A stretch of DNA of 64,000 nt from an uncultured Alphaproteobacteria bacterium (GCA_902572735.1 CACGGX010000004.1:7743-71742), one strand, 5' to 3'. Shown: positions 1 to 9,442, counted from the stretch's first letter. Made by a program: numbers and translations. The notes: generated by a model from the letters alone, not told the origin.

Positions 1-491
1 AAACCTAATCTCTTTGCTGCTTTTTTTGAATCATTGTTTAGATTATTACATTTCCATTCATATCGTCTATAACCTAAATTATTAAATACATTACTCATCA
101 TTAAATACATTGCCTCTGTACCTTCTTTAGAATTTTGAAGAATAGGAGAATAATTTATATGACCTACCTCAATAGTGCCATGATCGGGTACTATATTGAG
201 ATAACTAGCCATTCCACAATATTGTTTTATTTTTTTTGAGTATATTGCATAAAAAAAGGGGTCGTTGCTTAAGCAAAACTTTCTTAACCACTCACTAAAA
301 TTTTGGTAAGAATTAAATGGACCATATGGTAAGTATTTCCAAATGATATTTTTTTGATCTTTTTGAAAATTTTCAAATAAAAATTTTCCATGTTTTTTAA
401 TTATAATCGGTTCTAACTTTACATATTTACCATTTAAAATTATTTTTTTTGGAATCTTTGCTTTTTTAAAACTTACTTTATTACCTAACAT
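1..491 (-). CDS. GNAT family N-acetyltransferase (RimJ/RimL-like), N-terminal part only; the C-terminus runs off the left edge
   Basis: Hand translation of the minus strand from the ATG at 491-489, with an in-frame TAA just upstream at 503-501. It gives MLGNKVSFKK...HGTIEVGHINYSPILQNSKEGTEAMYLMMSNVFNNLGYRRYEWKCNNLNNDSKKAAKRLG and stays open to position 1. The IE.GH...Q....TEA....F..LGYRR.EWKC...N..S..AA.RLG pattern is the typical Acetyltransf_3-type GNAT core. It is absent from the supplied ORF track because it is truncated. Confidence 0.7.
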   Translation of the reverse strand, partial: MLGNKVSFKKAKIPKKIILNGKYVKLEPIIIKKHGKFLFENFQKDQKNIIWKYLPYGPFNSYQNFSEWLRKFCLSNDPFFYAIYSKKIKQYCGMASYLNIVPDHGTIEVGHINYSPILQNSKEGTEAMYLMMSNVFNNLGYRRYEWKCNNLNNDSKKAAKRLG

Positions 492-687
492 TGTTTTTAT
501 TTAAAAAATTATTTTTTAATATTCGTCCATCTAATATTATCAAACCAAATATAATTATTAAAGAGCCTATTAACTCTGACATCGTTATTATTTCTTGAGA
601 TGAGATATACATTTTTTCACCTGCTTTTAGATCGCTAAAATTTTTATCTAGAATTTTAATAATATTTTTAGGCATAGTTATTAACAA
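481..687 (-). CDS. Hypothetical small protein (doubtful)
   Basis: 68-aa ORF with one hydrophobic segment (LIGSLIIIFGLIIL). It overlaps the GNAT start by 11 nt. No recognisable motif, and such an ORF could arise by chance in AT-rich DNA. Confidence 0.2.
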   Translation of the reverse strand: MLITMPKNIIKILDKNFSDLKAGEKMYISSQEIITMSELIGSLIIIFGLIILDGRILKNNFLNKNNVR

Positions 688-861
688 AAATTATGATAAT
701 AATTTTCACTTTATTTTTTTATACCAACAGTTTCGTTGATATTATAAGCTTTAATTATTAAATCATTTTAATGATTAAATGCATCTACTAGAATGCAAAC
801 CCTAATAGAAAAATTTATTAGAATGCAAATACAGTATACTAGTAACTAAAAAAAATAATTA

Positions 862-1311
862 CTAATCTTTTTTAATTGCTTCTTGTAATGAATTATTTTC
901 TTCTGATGGTTTTGAATCTTTTTTAATAGGCTGTATCTTATCAGATTTTTTAATATCACCACTAATTTGGCCGCCAAGCTTAATTTGTAAGTTTTGGTAC
1001 TCGATGTCTCCAGAAGCAACTCCTTGCTCTTGGATTGTTAAAGTGCCAGAAGCTTTTATTTCACCGTCAAATTTTCCCCAGATGTCAGCATTATGTGTTT
1101 CTATATTCCCTTTGCAATCTCCAGTAGCACCAATAACTACATTATCAGTTTTCATAGTAACATCTGCTTCACCATCAATCTGAACTTCATCAGCTTTTTT
1201 AATTTCACCATTAATTGTTACGCCGTGACCAATTACAACTTTTGCGGATCCCTTTGCAGGTCTAAATACATCAGTTGTTGAATTTGAATTATTGTCTTTT
1301 TTATCAAACAT
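862..1311 (-). CDS. Bactofilin-family polymer-forming cytoskeletal protein
   Basis: 149 aa. The central ~100 aa consist of short G/V/I/D-rich beta-strand repeats (VVIGHGVTINGEI, VQIDGEADVTMKTDNVVIGATGDCKGNI, ADIWGKFDGEI, GTLTIQEQGVASGDI, LQIKLGGQISGDI). These are flanked by polar, disordered N- and C-tails, which is the bactofilin (DUF583) beta-helix pattern. Confidence 0.8.
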   Translation of the reverse strand: MFDKKDNNSNSTTDVFRPAKGSAKVVIGHGVTINGEIKKADEVQIDGEADVTMKTDNVVIGATGDCKGNIETHNADIWGKFDGEIKASGTLTIQEQGVASGDIEYQNLQIKLGGQISGDIKKSDKIQPIKKDSKPSEENNSLQEAIKKD

Positions 1312-1420
1312 TATACCTCCCTATAGTTTTGTTAATGCAGGTATTCTACAACTGCTATAATTATGTCAAATAATTACCATATAAGCATTAATATTTGAAG
1401 ATTTATGTAATTTTTTCAGG

Positions 1421-2104
1421 TTATTTTTGATGATTTACAACATCAACAAGGATAGCAATCACCAAATTCAATATTGTAATTGAGCAAATTGAAATAAAGC
1501 TGAAAAAGTAAATCCATGCCCACCAGTAAATAGCCTGCATAGGCAGCATGACATTCTCCCAACTAGATAAAGTTAAAACTTGAAAAAGGGTAATTAGGGA
1601 TATTCCTAGATCGGCCCATCGTTCTGGATCATCTTCACCAAATAAAATAGAGCCCATTGTTGCATAAATATAGAGTATTATAAAAAGCAGTAGACTGACA
1701 AAAAATACTCTTTTTATAGAAGCTAGAATAGCTTCTATAATTTTTTTTAATTCAGGTATTACAGAAATTAATCTTAATACTCTAAAAATACGAAGAAGAC
1801 GTAAAACTAAGAAACTAGAATTATTTGGAATAGGAATGAGTGAAATTGCTACAATGATTGTATCAAATACATTCCAACCATCTTTTAGAAAATTTTTCTT
1901 TTCTTTTTCACCAATAAAACGAATAAGTATTTCAATAACAAAGAAAACAGTGATTGCATAATCAAGTAAGTGAATAGTATTTAAAAATATAGGATCTAAT
2001 TGATATGTTGTGGCACCAATAAGAATTGCATTTAATATAATTATAACAACAACAGAAAATTGAAAAATACGATTATCTTTCAACTTAGAAAAAAAATCTA
2101 TCAT
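1421..2104 (-). CDS. Voltage-gated ion channel of the bacterial NaChBac/NavAb type, with an atypical selectivity filter
   Basis: 227 aa, 6-TM layout. The S4 segment has an Arg at every third position (LRLLRIFRVLRLISVIPELKKII). The pore region ITLFQVLTLSSWENVM aligns with the NavAb/NaChBac motif TLFQVMTLESWSM. The protein ends immediately after S6 (AILVDVVNHQK). Confidence 0.8.
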   Translation of the reverse strand: MIDFFSKLKDNRIFQFSVVVIIILNAILIGATTYQLDPIFLNTIHLLDYAITVFFVIEILIRFIGEKEKKNFLKDGWNVFDTIIVAISLIPIPNNSSFLVLRLLRIFRVLRLISVIPELKKIIEAILASIKRVFFVSLLLFIILYIYATMGSILFGEDDPERWADLGISLITLFQVLTLSSWENVMLPMQAIYWWAWIYFFSFISICSITILNLVIAILVDVVNHQK

Positions 2105-2110
2105 ATTAAA

Positions 2111-3130
2111 TTAAATAGTTTTTAAGTTATCTATTTTCCTATCCATCACAAAAAACCACAAAGGAGGGATTAAAGCCATAATTAACATGATGGAGTAATT
2201 AGCAGGCATCTCTATTGCTTTTTCTTCTTGAGATAAAAGAGGATAGGGCTTCGATGCACTCTGGTGATGTTCAGCATGAAGACCTAAATTAAATGTCGAC
2301 CAATTAGCAGAGATGTGACGACTATTCCAAGAATGTAAATCTGTAAATCTTTCATACCTTCCATTTTCTTTTTTTCTTTCTAAACCATAATGCTGAATAT
2401 AATTTACTAACTCCAATAAGATAATTGAAACAAAAGAATGAAAGATAACGAAAATTAAACCATTCATACCGGCAATTAAATAAGCAAATGCTAAAAATAA
2501 AAATTCTAATACAAAATAATGAATCATTCTGTTTTGAAAACTTAAGATATTTTGATTTTTTCTATCAAGAATATTCTTTTCAATATTCCATGATGAAATC
2601 ACACTATTGATTACACAGCGAATAAAATAAAAATAAAAATTTTCACCTCTTCTTGCTGTGGCAGGATCTTCTTTAGTAGCTACATTTAAATGATGACCAT
2701 AAATATGTTCTATACGAAAATGCCCATAACAACATAATACTAATAAAAATACTCCAATGCCTCGCATAAATTTATTTTTTCGATGAATAAGTTCATGTGC
2801 AGTTGTAATGCCAATAGAACCGCCAGACATACCTACAGCTGCCCCCAAAGCTGCAGCGGTTAATAAAGTAATACTAGAATCAGAAACAACGATTAAACCA
2901 AATATAATTAAAAATAAAATGCAAGGAAGTACGATTAAAATAGAAAAATTGTGAAACACACTTTCATTTAGTTCAACATCATCTTTACTTAAGTAAGGTA
3001 ATACAAGGTCAATAATTGGAACTAATATAAAAACCCAAATAAAAGGTGAAATTGACCAAGAGGGATTAATGATTAATCCTAAAGAACTAGCAAATATCAA
3101 AATTAGCGGTGTTACAAGATATAAAATCAT
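2111..3130 (-). CDS. alkB: AlkB-like integral-membrane di-iron hydroxylase (alkane 1-monooxygenase / fatty acid desaturase superfamily)
   Basis: 339 aa, multi-TM. His boxes occur in AlkB order: HELIHRK, EHIYGHH, the NYIQHYGL (HYG) motif, then LHAEHHQ. For comparison, AlkB has HELGHK, EHNRGHH, NYIEHYGL and LQRHSDHH. It lies 6 nt upstream of the channel gene on the same strand. Confidence 0.75.
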   Translation of the reverse strand: MILYLVTPLILIFASSLGLIINPSWSISPFIWVFILVPIIDLVLPYLSKDDVELNESVFHNFSILIVLPCILFLIIFGLIVVSDSSITLLTAAALGAAVGMSGGSIGITTAHELIHRKNKFMRGIGVFLLVLCCYGHFRIEHIYGHHLNVATKEDPATARRGENFYFYFIRCVINSVISSWNIEKNILDRKNQNILSFQNRMIHYFVLEFLFLAFAYLIAGMNGLIFVIFHSFVSIILLELVNYIQHYGLERKKENGRYERFTDLHSWNSRHISANWSTFNLGLHAEHHQSASKPYPLLSQEEKAIEMPANYSIMLIMALIPPLWFFVMDRKIDNLKTI

Positions 3131-3193
3131 CGAAATAATTATATATTATTTTTTTTTCTAAACTAATACCTAAATTACTCTAAGAAAATTTAT

Positions 3194-4129
3194 ATGAATA
3201 ATAACATAAAAGGTCTTATTTTAATTATTGTGGGGATGTTGTTCATCATTACCCAGGACGTCTTAATTAAATACACCATTCATGATGCCTCTTTAATGCA
3301 AATACTCGTATTTAGAGGAGGAATAGGATTTTCTTTGTTATGTCTTTATTTAATTTATACAAAACAACCAATATTCTTTGGAACAGCGCACCCTTATATT
3401 GCTATTTTTAGAGGTTCCACCTTCTTCTTTGGCTTTACCTTGTTTTTTATTTCGTTAAGCCAAATTACTTTAGCTGAAGCAACAAGTTTGTTTTTTGTGA
3501 GTCCATTTTTTATTACTATTTATTCTTACTTTATTCTGAATATAAAAATTGGCTTGAATAGAATATTTTCAATTTTTGTTGGTTTTAGTGGAACACTTTT
3601 AATCATCAAGCCAGAATTTAATGAAATAAATATTTATATGTTATTTCCAATCATTGCTGCAGCCACCTATGCATTATCGATGACATTGGCAAAAAAAACT
3701 GCAAAAAATGATAATTTATTCCAACAAACTTTTCATATTTATATAGGTGCATTCGTTGGAGGAAGCGCAATTAGTATTTTATTACATAATTCAGACGTTA
3801 ATTTATCAATTTTTTCTATTCTTAGTAATCCTTGGATAATTAATGATCTTCAATTTATTGGATTAATACTTTTTATCTCTACAACTGGAAGTCTTGGGAT
3901 ATTTTGTTTGATTGCAGCATACAGAGTAGGGTCACCTTTAGTTAACAGTATAACTGAGTACGTCCATTTGATTTTTGCGATAATAATAGGAATTATTATT
4001 TTTTCTGAAGTGCCCGATATAAACTCATTTATTGGTATTTTCCTTATTATGGGAAGTGGTATCTTTGTTGTATTCAGAGAAAATAGGCGTGAGGAATTAG
4101 TTGTATCCAAAACTACTCTTAGAACTTAA
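3194..4129 (+). CDS. DMT superfamily (EamA-like) transporter
   Basis: 311 aa, about 10 hydrophobic helices arranged as two similar halves. The length and pattern are typical of EamA/RhaT-type permeases. Confidence 0.7.
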   Translation: MNNNIKGLILIIVGMLFIITQDVLIKYTIHDASLMQILVFRGGIGFSLLCLYLIYTKQPIFFGTAHPYIAIFRGSTFFFGFTLFFISLSQITLAEATSLFFVSPFFITIYSYFILNIKIGLNRIFSIFVGFSGTLLIIKPEFNEINIYMLFPIIAAATYALSMTLAKKTAKNDNLFQQTFHIYIGAFVGGSAISILLHNSDVNLSIFSILSNPWIINDLQFIGLILFISTTGSLGIFCLIAAYRVGSPLVNSITEYVHLIFAIIIGIIIFSEVPDINSFIGIFLIMGSGIFVVFRENRREELVVSKTTLRT

Positions 4130-4176
4130 TAGTTTTATAATATTGTAACAATTATTAAATAATATTAATAAAAATT

Positions 4177-5316
4177 ATGTATAGAAAAGCATTCTTTGCC
4201 ATTTGTTTAAATGGTTTTGCACTTGCTTTTACTTGGGGAATAACTGTAACAAATATTCCATGGTTATTTGATAGAGTTGGCATTAAAGAAACTGATTTAG
4301 GAATTTGGTTTACAATTTTTGCAGTTCTACAACTTTTTTTCAGCCAGTTATCAGGAAGAGTAGTTGTACCACTTATTGGAACTACTAAAACTTTAATGTT
4401 AGGTCAATTGAGTTTTGCAATATTTCCCTATATATTTATTACAGCTAGCAACATACAAACCTTTTTTTTGTCCAGTATTCCATTATCGATAGCTGCAGGT
4501 TTAATTTTTCCTACAATTGCTAGTAGTACTAACTTTATTGAAAATAAAACTAAAAGAATTTATCAAACATACCAACAAGCTTCATTTAGTTTTGGTTTTA
4601 TTATTAGTGGTATTTTTGCAAGTTTATTTTTTTATTTAAATTTATACCCACCACATATTTTTATAGGTTTAATATTCTTTTTAACTTTAATAGTTATTCT
4701 AACATTCATATTTGGTTTATCTTCTGAAAATGATTACTATGAAAAGTTAGCTAAATTTAAAATTCCTGAAAGAAAGGTTTTATTCTTTGGATTAAATTTA
4801 GCAATATTCATGGGCACTGTTGGTATTATGTTAGAATGGACACCATTATGGTTAAAAAGAGATCTTAATGCTTCATTGTACGTTGCATCATTATCAATTC
4901 TTTGCTGGGGAGGTGGTGAGTTTATAGGAAGAATTTATGGTGAAAAAATTGTTAATGCTTACGGCGAAAAATTTGCAGCAGGGTATTTTGGTTTAGTAGG
5001 CTGTTTAATTTTCTTTATTTCTATTTTAACTGCAAATATTTATATTATTATCTTAGCTGTATTTTTATTTGCTCTGTCCACTTCAAATTTTTATCCAGTC
5101 GTTCTAATGCAGGGATTGAAATATACTAATGAAAGTATATCAATCACAGCAGCAAATATCACAACAATTGCATTCTCAGGATTTCTAATAGGGCCGGCTA
5201 TAATTGGATTTTCAGCTGAAACCTTCGGTTTAACTTTTAATGTTATAGCTCTTTGTTTTATCTGGGCATTTAATGGACTTTTATTTATTTACTTTATTAA
5301 TCAATTAAAAAAATAA
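4177..5316 (+). CDS. MFS-type transporter
   Basis: 379 aa, about 12 predicted TM helices in 6+6 organisation with a central loop (YYEKLAKFKIPERK). No specific substrate motif recognised. Confidence 0.6.
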   Translation: MYRKAFFAICLNGFALAFTWGITVTNIPWLFDRVGIKETDLGIWFTIFAVLQLFFSQLSGRVVVPLIGTTKTLMLGQLSFAIFPYIFITASNIQTFFLSSIPLSIAAGLIFPTIASSTNFIENKTKRIYQTYQQASFSFGFIISGIFASLFFYLNLYPPHIFIGLIFFLTLIVILTFIFGLSSENDYYEKLAKFKIPERKVLFFGLNLAIFMGTVGIMLEWTPLWLKRDLNASLYVASLSILCWGGGEFIGRIYGEKIVNAYGEKFAAGYFGLVGCLIFFISILTANIYIIILAVFLFALSTSNFYPVVLMQGLKYTNESISITAANITTIAFSGFLIGPAIIGFSAETFGLTFNVIALCFIWAFNGLLFIYFINQLKK

Positions 5317-5322
5317 ATTTTT

Positions 5323-6285
5323 TTATTGCAAGAACTTACTATTTATAAGGTCAGGGCAATTTTTTTGCTGATGATTGTAATAATCATCATTATTGAAATC
5401 TAAATATAATTTTCCAGATTGTTTATGCATAATATCATTTTTATTGTCATTCACATGAGAGGATTTATTATTTTTTGCACAACTAGCAGGAAAACCTAAT
5501 GAATGAATCATTTCATGCAAAATTGTTGCTTCTGCATCACCAAAAGTAAAATCATTTTTATCATTTAGATGATCTTTGTGAGTACAAGAAAATATTCTGT
5601 CATTATTTGACAAAATTAAATCACCACCAATGTATTTTTTAAATCTAGAATATGTGTAATAAATTGCTATGTTTCCATCAAATCGTGATTTTCCACATAT
5701 ATCGTAATCAATATATTTTCTTTTTTCCCAACCTTCAAAAAAAATAATAAACTTCTTTGAAGAAAAATTATTAAATAGATGACTATTATCATTAATAATC
5801 TTTTCAATTTTCTCAGATACTTCAGTAATATCGATGTCCTGATCTTTAGTATCTAAATCGCCAAACCAATCCATAGTTTTATTAACTCGCAAAAAAGTTA
5901 CATCAAAATTTCCATTAATTTTTTTATCAAATCTAATTGTTTGATTACTTGTTTTTTTTTCAAACCAATTATTAATAGCTAGAAGTGATGCTTCTATATT
6001 TTTATTTACATCATAAAGACGATCCTTCCTTTCACATGGTAGTAAAAAGATTGGATGAAATTGGTTGCCAATATATACATCTTTTTCATCTTTATATGAT
6101 CTATTCTGATTAATATCATCCTCATGTATAACAAATTCAACTTGATTATTATTGTTGCAAGAATCTGGAAGTTTGATTTTAGGTACTAAAAATTTCCAAT
6201 CCTCATTAACAAATTGAAGATAAATCATAAAGATACTAATAATTAGAAAAAAACCAATGAAAGGTATCAAAAAATATCTGTGCAT
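5323..6285 (-). CDS. Membrane-anchored or secreted putative zinc metallopeptidase (HExxH)
   Basis: 320 aa. N-terminal hydrophobic anchor (FLIPFIGFFLIISIFMIYL) and a single HExxH motif in ATILHEMIHSLGF. The family is not identified. Confidence 0.45.
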   Translation of the reverse strand: MHRYFLIPFIGFFLIISIFMIYLQFVNEDWKFLVPKIKLPDSCNNNNQVEFVIHEDDINQNRSYKDEKDVYIGNQFHPIFLLPCERKDRLYDVNKNIEASLLAINNWFEKKTSNQTIRFDKKINGNFDVTFLRVNKTMDWFGDLDTKDQDIDITEVSEKIEKIINDNSHLFNNFSSKKFIIFFEGWEKRKYIDYDICGKSRFDGNIAIYYTYSRFKKYIGGDLILSNNDRIFSCTHKDHLNDKNDFTFGDAEATILHEMIHSLGFPASCAKNNKSSHVNDNKNDIMHKQSGKLYLDFNNDDYYNHQQKNCPDLINSKFLQ

Positions 6286-6304
6286 AGGTTTTTAATTGTA
6301 TAAT

Positions 6305-6499
6305 TTATTTTTCTATAAATTTTTTTACAGTATCGTAAAATGAAGGTGTTACTGTAAAGTAGTAGCCATTTTCTTCATGGACACTATTATTTCCAATACT
6401 ATTATCTGAGTGAAAATCTACAAGGTGCTGATAAAAGCCATTGGGGTCATCTACATGGTATTCTCTTCCATCATCTGCTTTAACTATTAAAGTTTTCAT
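6305..6499 (-). CDS. Small hypothetical protein (64 aa), using an internal start
   Basis: The track ORF 6305-6670 overlaps the GMC oxidoreductase start by 119 nt. The internal Met at 6499-6497 gives MKTLIVKADDGREYHVDDPNGFYQHLVDFHSD..., which removes the overlap and drops the low-complexity N-terminus. Confidence 0.4.
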   Translation of the reverse strand: MKTLIVKADDGREYHVDDPNGFYQHLVDFHSDNSIGNNSVHEENGYYFTVTPSFYDTVKKFIEK

Positions 6500-6551
6500 C
6501 TTGATATTAAATATAGAAACGCGTAAAAAATTAAAATAGAAAAATTTATAT

Positions 6552-8156
6552 ATGGCAAAAAAATATGATTTTATAATTGCAGGCGGTGGAACATCAGGAA
6601 TTATTACAGCAACAAAATTAATTGAACATGGCGCCTCTGTTTTAATTTTAGAAGAAGGAATTAAATCCAATAATTTACTTTTATCAATGCCTGCTGGTTG
6701 GATTAAAGGTTTAGAGAATAGCCCATATTTAAAATTCTATGAATCTATTCCACAAAAACAATTAAATAATCGTCAGCACTTTATAGCTCAAGCTAAAACT
6801 CTTGGTGGGGGATCAAAAGTGAACGGTATGGTTTATATGCGAGGGAAACCTTCAGATTATAATAAATGGGAAGAGGAGACTGAAGATAGTAATTGGAATT
6901 GGAACTCGTTGCTCAAGAATTTTGTTAAACTTGAAAATAATCAACGTATTCAAAATGAATATCATGGAAATAAAGGTAACTTAAAAGTTTCAGATCCTGG
7001 TTATATTGTAGAAGGTACAAACCTATATATCAAAACAATGCAAGCTATGGGTTTACCTTATAATGATGATTTCAATGATGGTGACCAATATGGCGTAGGA
7101 ACAATGCAATACACCATTGGCAATGGCAAAAGATGCGATGTGTACAGTGCTTTTTTACAATCAAAAACTAATAATAAAAATTTAGAAATCAAAACTAGTT
7201 CAATTGTAACAAAAGTTATTCTTGATCAAAAAAAAGCAATTGGTGTTGAATGTATATCAAATGGTAAATCAACTAAATATTTTGCGAATGATATTATTTT
7301 AACATCAGGAGCATATGTTACACCTAAAATTTTAATGCATTCTGGAATAGGGGAAGCAGAGCAATTACAACAATTTAGTATTCCAGTAATTGAAAATTTA
7401 AAAGGTGTAGGTAAAAATTTACAAGATCATCATGAAGTACCTGTCATCTCCAGAGTAAAACCTGGTTATAGTTATTATAAACAAGATGAGGGATGGCGAA
7501 TGATAAAAAATGGAATTCAGTATTTATTATTTAATTCAGGCCCTGTTCGATCTCAAGGTGTTGATAGTTGCTCTTTTTTTAACCCAGAAAATTTAGAAGA
7601 TAAAAAAGATCCTAAAATTAAACTGTATTGCGTGCCCATAATGTATACCGATAGAGATACAACAGGAATAAAACCTGATCACGGATTAACACTTACATCT
7701 TGCTTAATGAATCCAAAATCAAGAGGAGAGGTTAGAATTCAATCCTCTAACCCATTAGATTTACCTCTTATTGATCCAAATTTTTTAAGTCATGAAGATG
7801 ATATGAATGCTATGTTAAATGCTGTAAAGCTTGCAAGAAAGGTAATTCAAAAAAAGCCTTTATCCGATATTGTATTAGAAGAAACAGTTCCCGGTCAATC
7901 CATTAATTCAGATGAAGATCTCATTAATTATTCAAAAAAAATGATTAAAACAAATTGGCATCCAGTTGGCACATGTAAAATGGGTAAAGATAATGATGAG
8001 ATGGCGGTATTAAATACAAAATTGGAAGTTAAGGGAATAAAAAATTTAAGAGTTTTTGATGTGTCGATGATGCCAACAATTGTCGGTGCTAATACTAATG
8101 CTCCAGCTATGGCAATAGCAGATAAGGCTACTGATATATTATTACAGTCACGATAA
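6552..8156 (+). CDS. GMC family FAD-dependent oxidoreductase (choline dehydrogenase-like)
   Basis: 534 aa. N-terminal Rossmann FAD motif DFIIAGGGTSGIITATKL, GMC signature region GGGSKVNGMVYMRG, and a C-terminal HPVGTCKMG active-site region. Confidence 0.85.
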   Translation: MAKKYDFIIAGGGTSGIITATKLIEHGASVLILEEGIKSNNLLLSMPAGWIKGLENSPYLKFYESIPQKQLNNRQHFIAQAKTLGGGSKVNGMVYMRGKPSDYNKWEEETEDSNWNWNSLLKNFVKLENNQRIQNEYHGNKGNLKVSDPGYIVEGTNLYIKTMQAMGLPYNDDFNDGDQYGVGTMQYTIGNGKRCDVYSAFLQSKTNNKNLEIKTSSIVTKVILDQKKAIGVECISNGKSTKYFANDIILTSGAYVTPKILMHSGIGEAEQLQQFSIPVIENLKGVGKNLQDHHEVPVISRVKPGYSYYKQDEGWRMIKNGIQYLLFNSGPVRSQGVDSCSFFNPENLEDKKDPKIKLYCVPIMYTDRDTTGIKPDHGLTLTSCLMNPKSRGEVRIQSSNPLDLPLIDPNFLSHEDDMNAMLNAVKLARKVIQKKPLSDIVLEETVPGQSINSDEDLINYSKKMIKTNWHPVGTCKMGKDNDEMAVLNTKLEVKGIKNLRVFDVSMMPTIVGANTNAPAMAIADKATDILLQSR

Positions 8157-8233
8157 TTTGTTTAATCTAATATATTTAAAATTTAGAAAATAAATTTTTA
8201 CATATTCTTTAGAGCATTATATAAAAGGTATTA

Positions 8234-9442
8234 ATGTATAGAATTATATTTTTTCTATTTTTAATTTCATCCAGTGTTTATGCTACAGATCTACCTAAGA
8301 AATTTCTTGATGATAAATATATTTTTAAATTTGAGGAAAATATTAAATATCCGTATGATACTGGATTTTGGGGCCCAATAGAAACACATACTAGAATACA
8401 TCAAAACGCTTGGGCTCTTAGATATGATAATAAAATTACAAAAACAAATGAATATTCTTTGCGTTTTGAAAAAAGACTAGATGATTGTGGTGCTGAAGAT
8501 TGTAATAGAAAAGAAAAAACTTTTATTGGTCGTTCTGAACTTGGTTTCTTTGATCCTATAACTGGTGAAAAAATAAGAGGTCATTTAGGTGAATATTGGT
8601 ATACTTGGTCTTTCTATATCGATCCTGCATCCGATGGACCAAAAAATATGCGAGATTTTGTTCATATAGGCCAATTTAAAATGGATCTTGAACATGAAAA
8701 ACTAACAAGGAGTTTGCTTACTACGCAAACAATAGATGAATTTAATGTTGCTTGCCCTGAAATGAGTTTCTTTTTTTCTTGGCGTTATGATGGAATTTAT
8801 GTGGGCCGATCAGGAGTTTCTGTTTGTGATGGTAGTGATTATAAAAGAATAATTCCCCTTAATAATGTGAAGGGTAAATGGCACACTGTCTTATTAAATA
8901 TTAATTGGACTGATCAAGAAGATGGAAAAATAAAACTTTGGTTAAATGATCAGCTTATTTATCGCTTTGAAGGAAAAACTATATCAAAAATTGTAAAGAA
9001 CAAAAATGAATATCAAATGGGACCAAAATTTAGATTTGGCTTGTATAGTCAGGGTGAAAATGGTGATCAAGTTATGCACTATGAAGGAATGAAAGCAGAA
9101 AAATCATGTAACAAACTTCAATTATTTGATTGTAACTATATTCAAAAACAAGAAATTGATGTTGTTAAAACAAATCCTGCTGACCCAGATGATGGAAATC
9201 AAATAGTTGGTCAGTATGAAACAAATGACGATCAAGGTAAACGAGACAGGATTATTAATACTCTAATAAATAAAATTACCAAAGACATTATTAAAAAATC
9301 TAAAAGTAATAAAGATGATATCAAAAAATGGGTTACCACCGAAGTAAACAAATTAGATTGGGATAAAGACTTAGACAAAAGTAAGGATAGAAAAAAAATA
9401 CGTGATCAGTTGACCAAAAAGGGTAAAAAAATTTTTAAATAG
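8234..9442 (+). CDS. Secreted concanavalin-like jelly-roll protein (polysaccharide lyase / heparin-lyase-I-like fold) with a K/D-rich C-terminal tail
   Basis: 402 aa with a signal peptide (FFLFLISSSVYA). Contains RSELGF and GKWHTVLLNINWTDQEDGKIKLWLNDQLIYRFEGKT...FRFGLYSQ. That matches the W..v......dG.l.lW.dG.lv...G.t...K.G.Y signature I associate with Pfam Polysacc_lyase (PF14099). Paralogous to 14629-15630. Confidence 0.5.
   Translation: MYRIIFFLFLISSSVYATDLPKKFLDDKYIFKFEENIKYPYDTGFWGPIETHTRIHQNAWALRYDNKITKTNEYSLRFEKRLDDCGAEDCNRKEKTFIGRSELGFFDPITGEKIRGHLGEYWYTWSFYIDPASDGPKNMRDFVHIGQFKMDLEHEKLTRSLLTTQTIDEFNVACPEMSFFFSWRYDGIYVGRSGVSVCDGSDYKRIIPLNNVKGKWHTVLLNINWTDQEDGKIKLWLNDQLIYRFEGKTISKIVKNKNEYQMGPKFRFGLYSQGENGDQVMHYEGMKAEKSCNKLQLFDCNYIQKQEIDVVKTNPADPDDGNQIVGQYETNDDQGKRDRIINTLINKITKDIIKKSKSNKDDIKKWVTTEVNKLDWDKDLDKSKDRKKIRDQLTKKGKKIFK

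Noticed and set aside
5307-5324. AAAAAAAT-AA-ATTTTTTT palindrome between the convergent MFS and metallopeptidase genes as a terminator
   Set aside because: It is an A/T-only stem with a 2-nt loop, which would be thermodynamically negligible. It also overlaps the stop-codon region.
6500-6670. The long version of ORF 6305-6670 (121 aa), overlapping the GMC oxidoreductase start
   Set aside because: The first 57 codons are antisense to the well-supported GMC gene and its upstream region. They encode low-complexity sequence. The internal Met at 6499 gives a compact 64-aa protein with no overlap.
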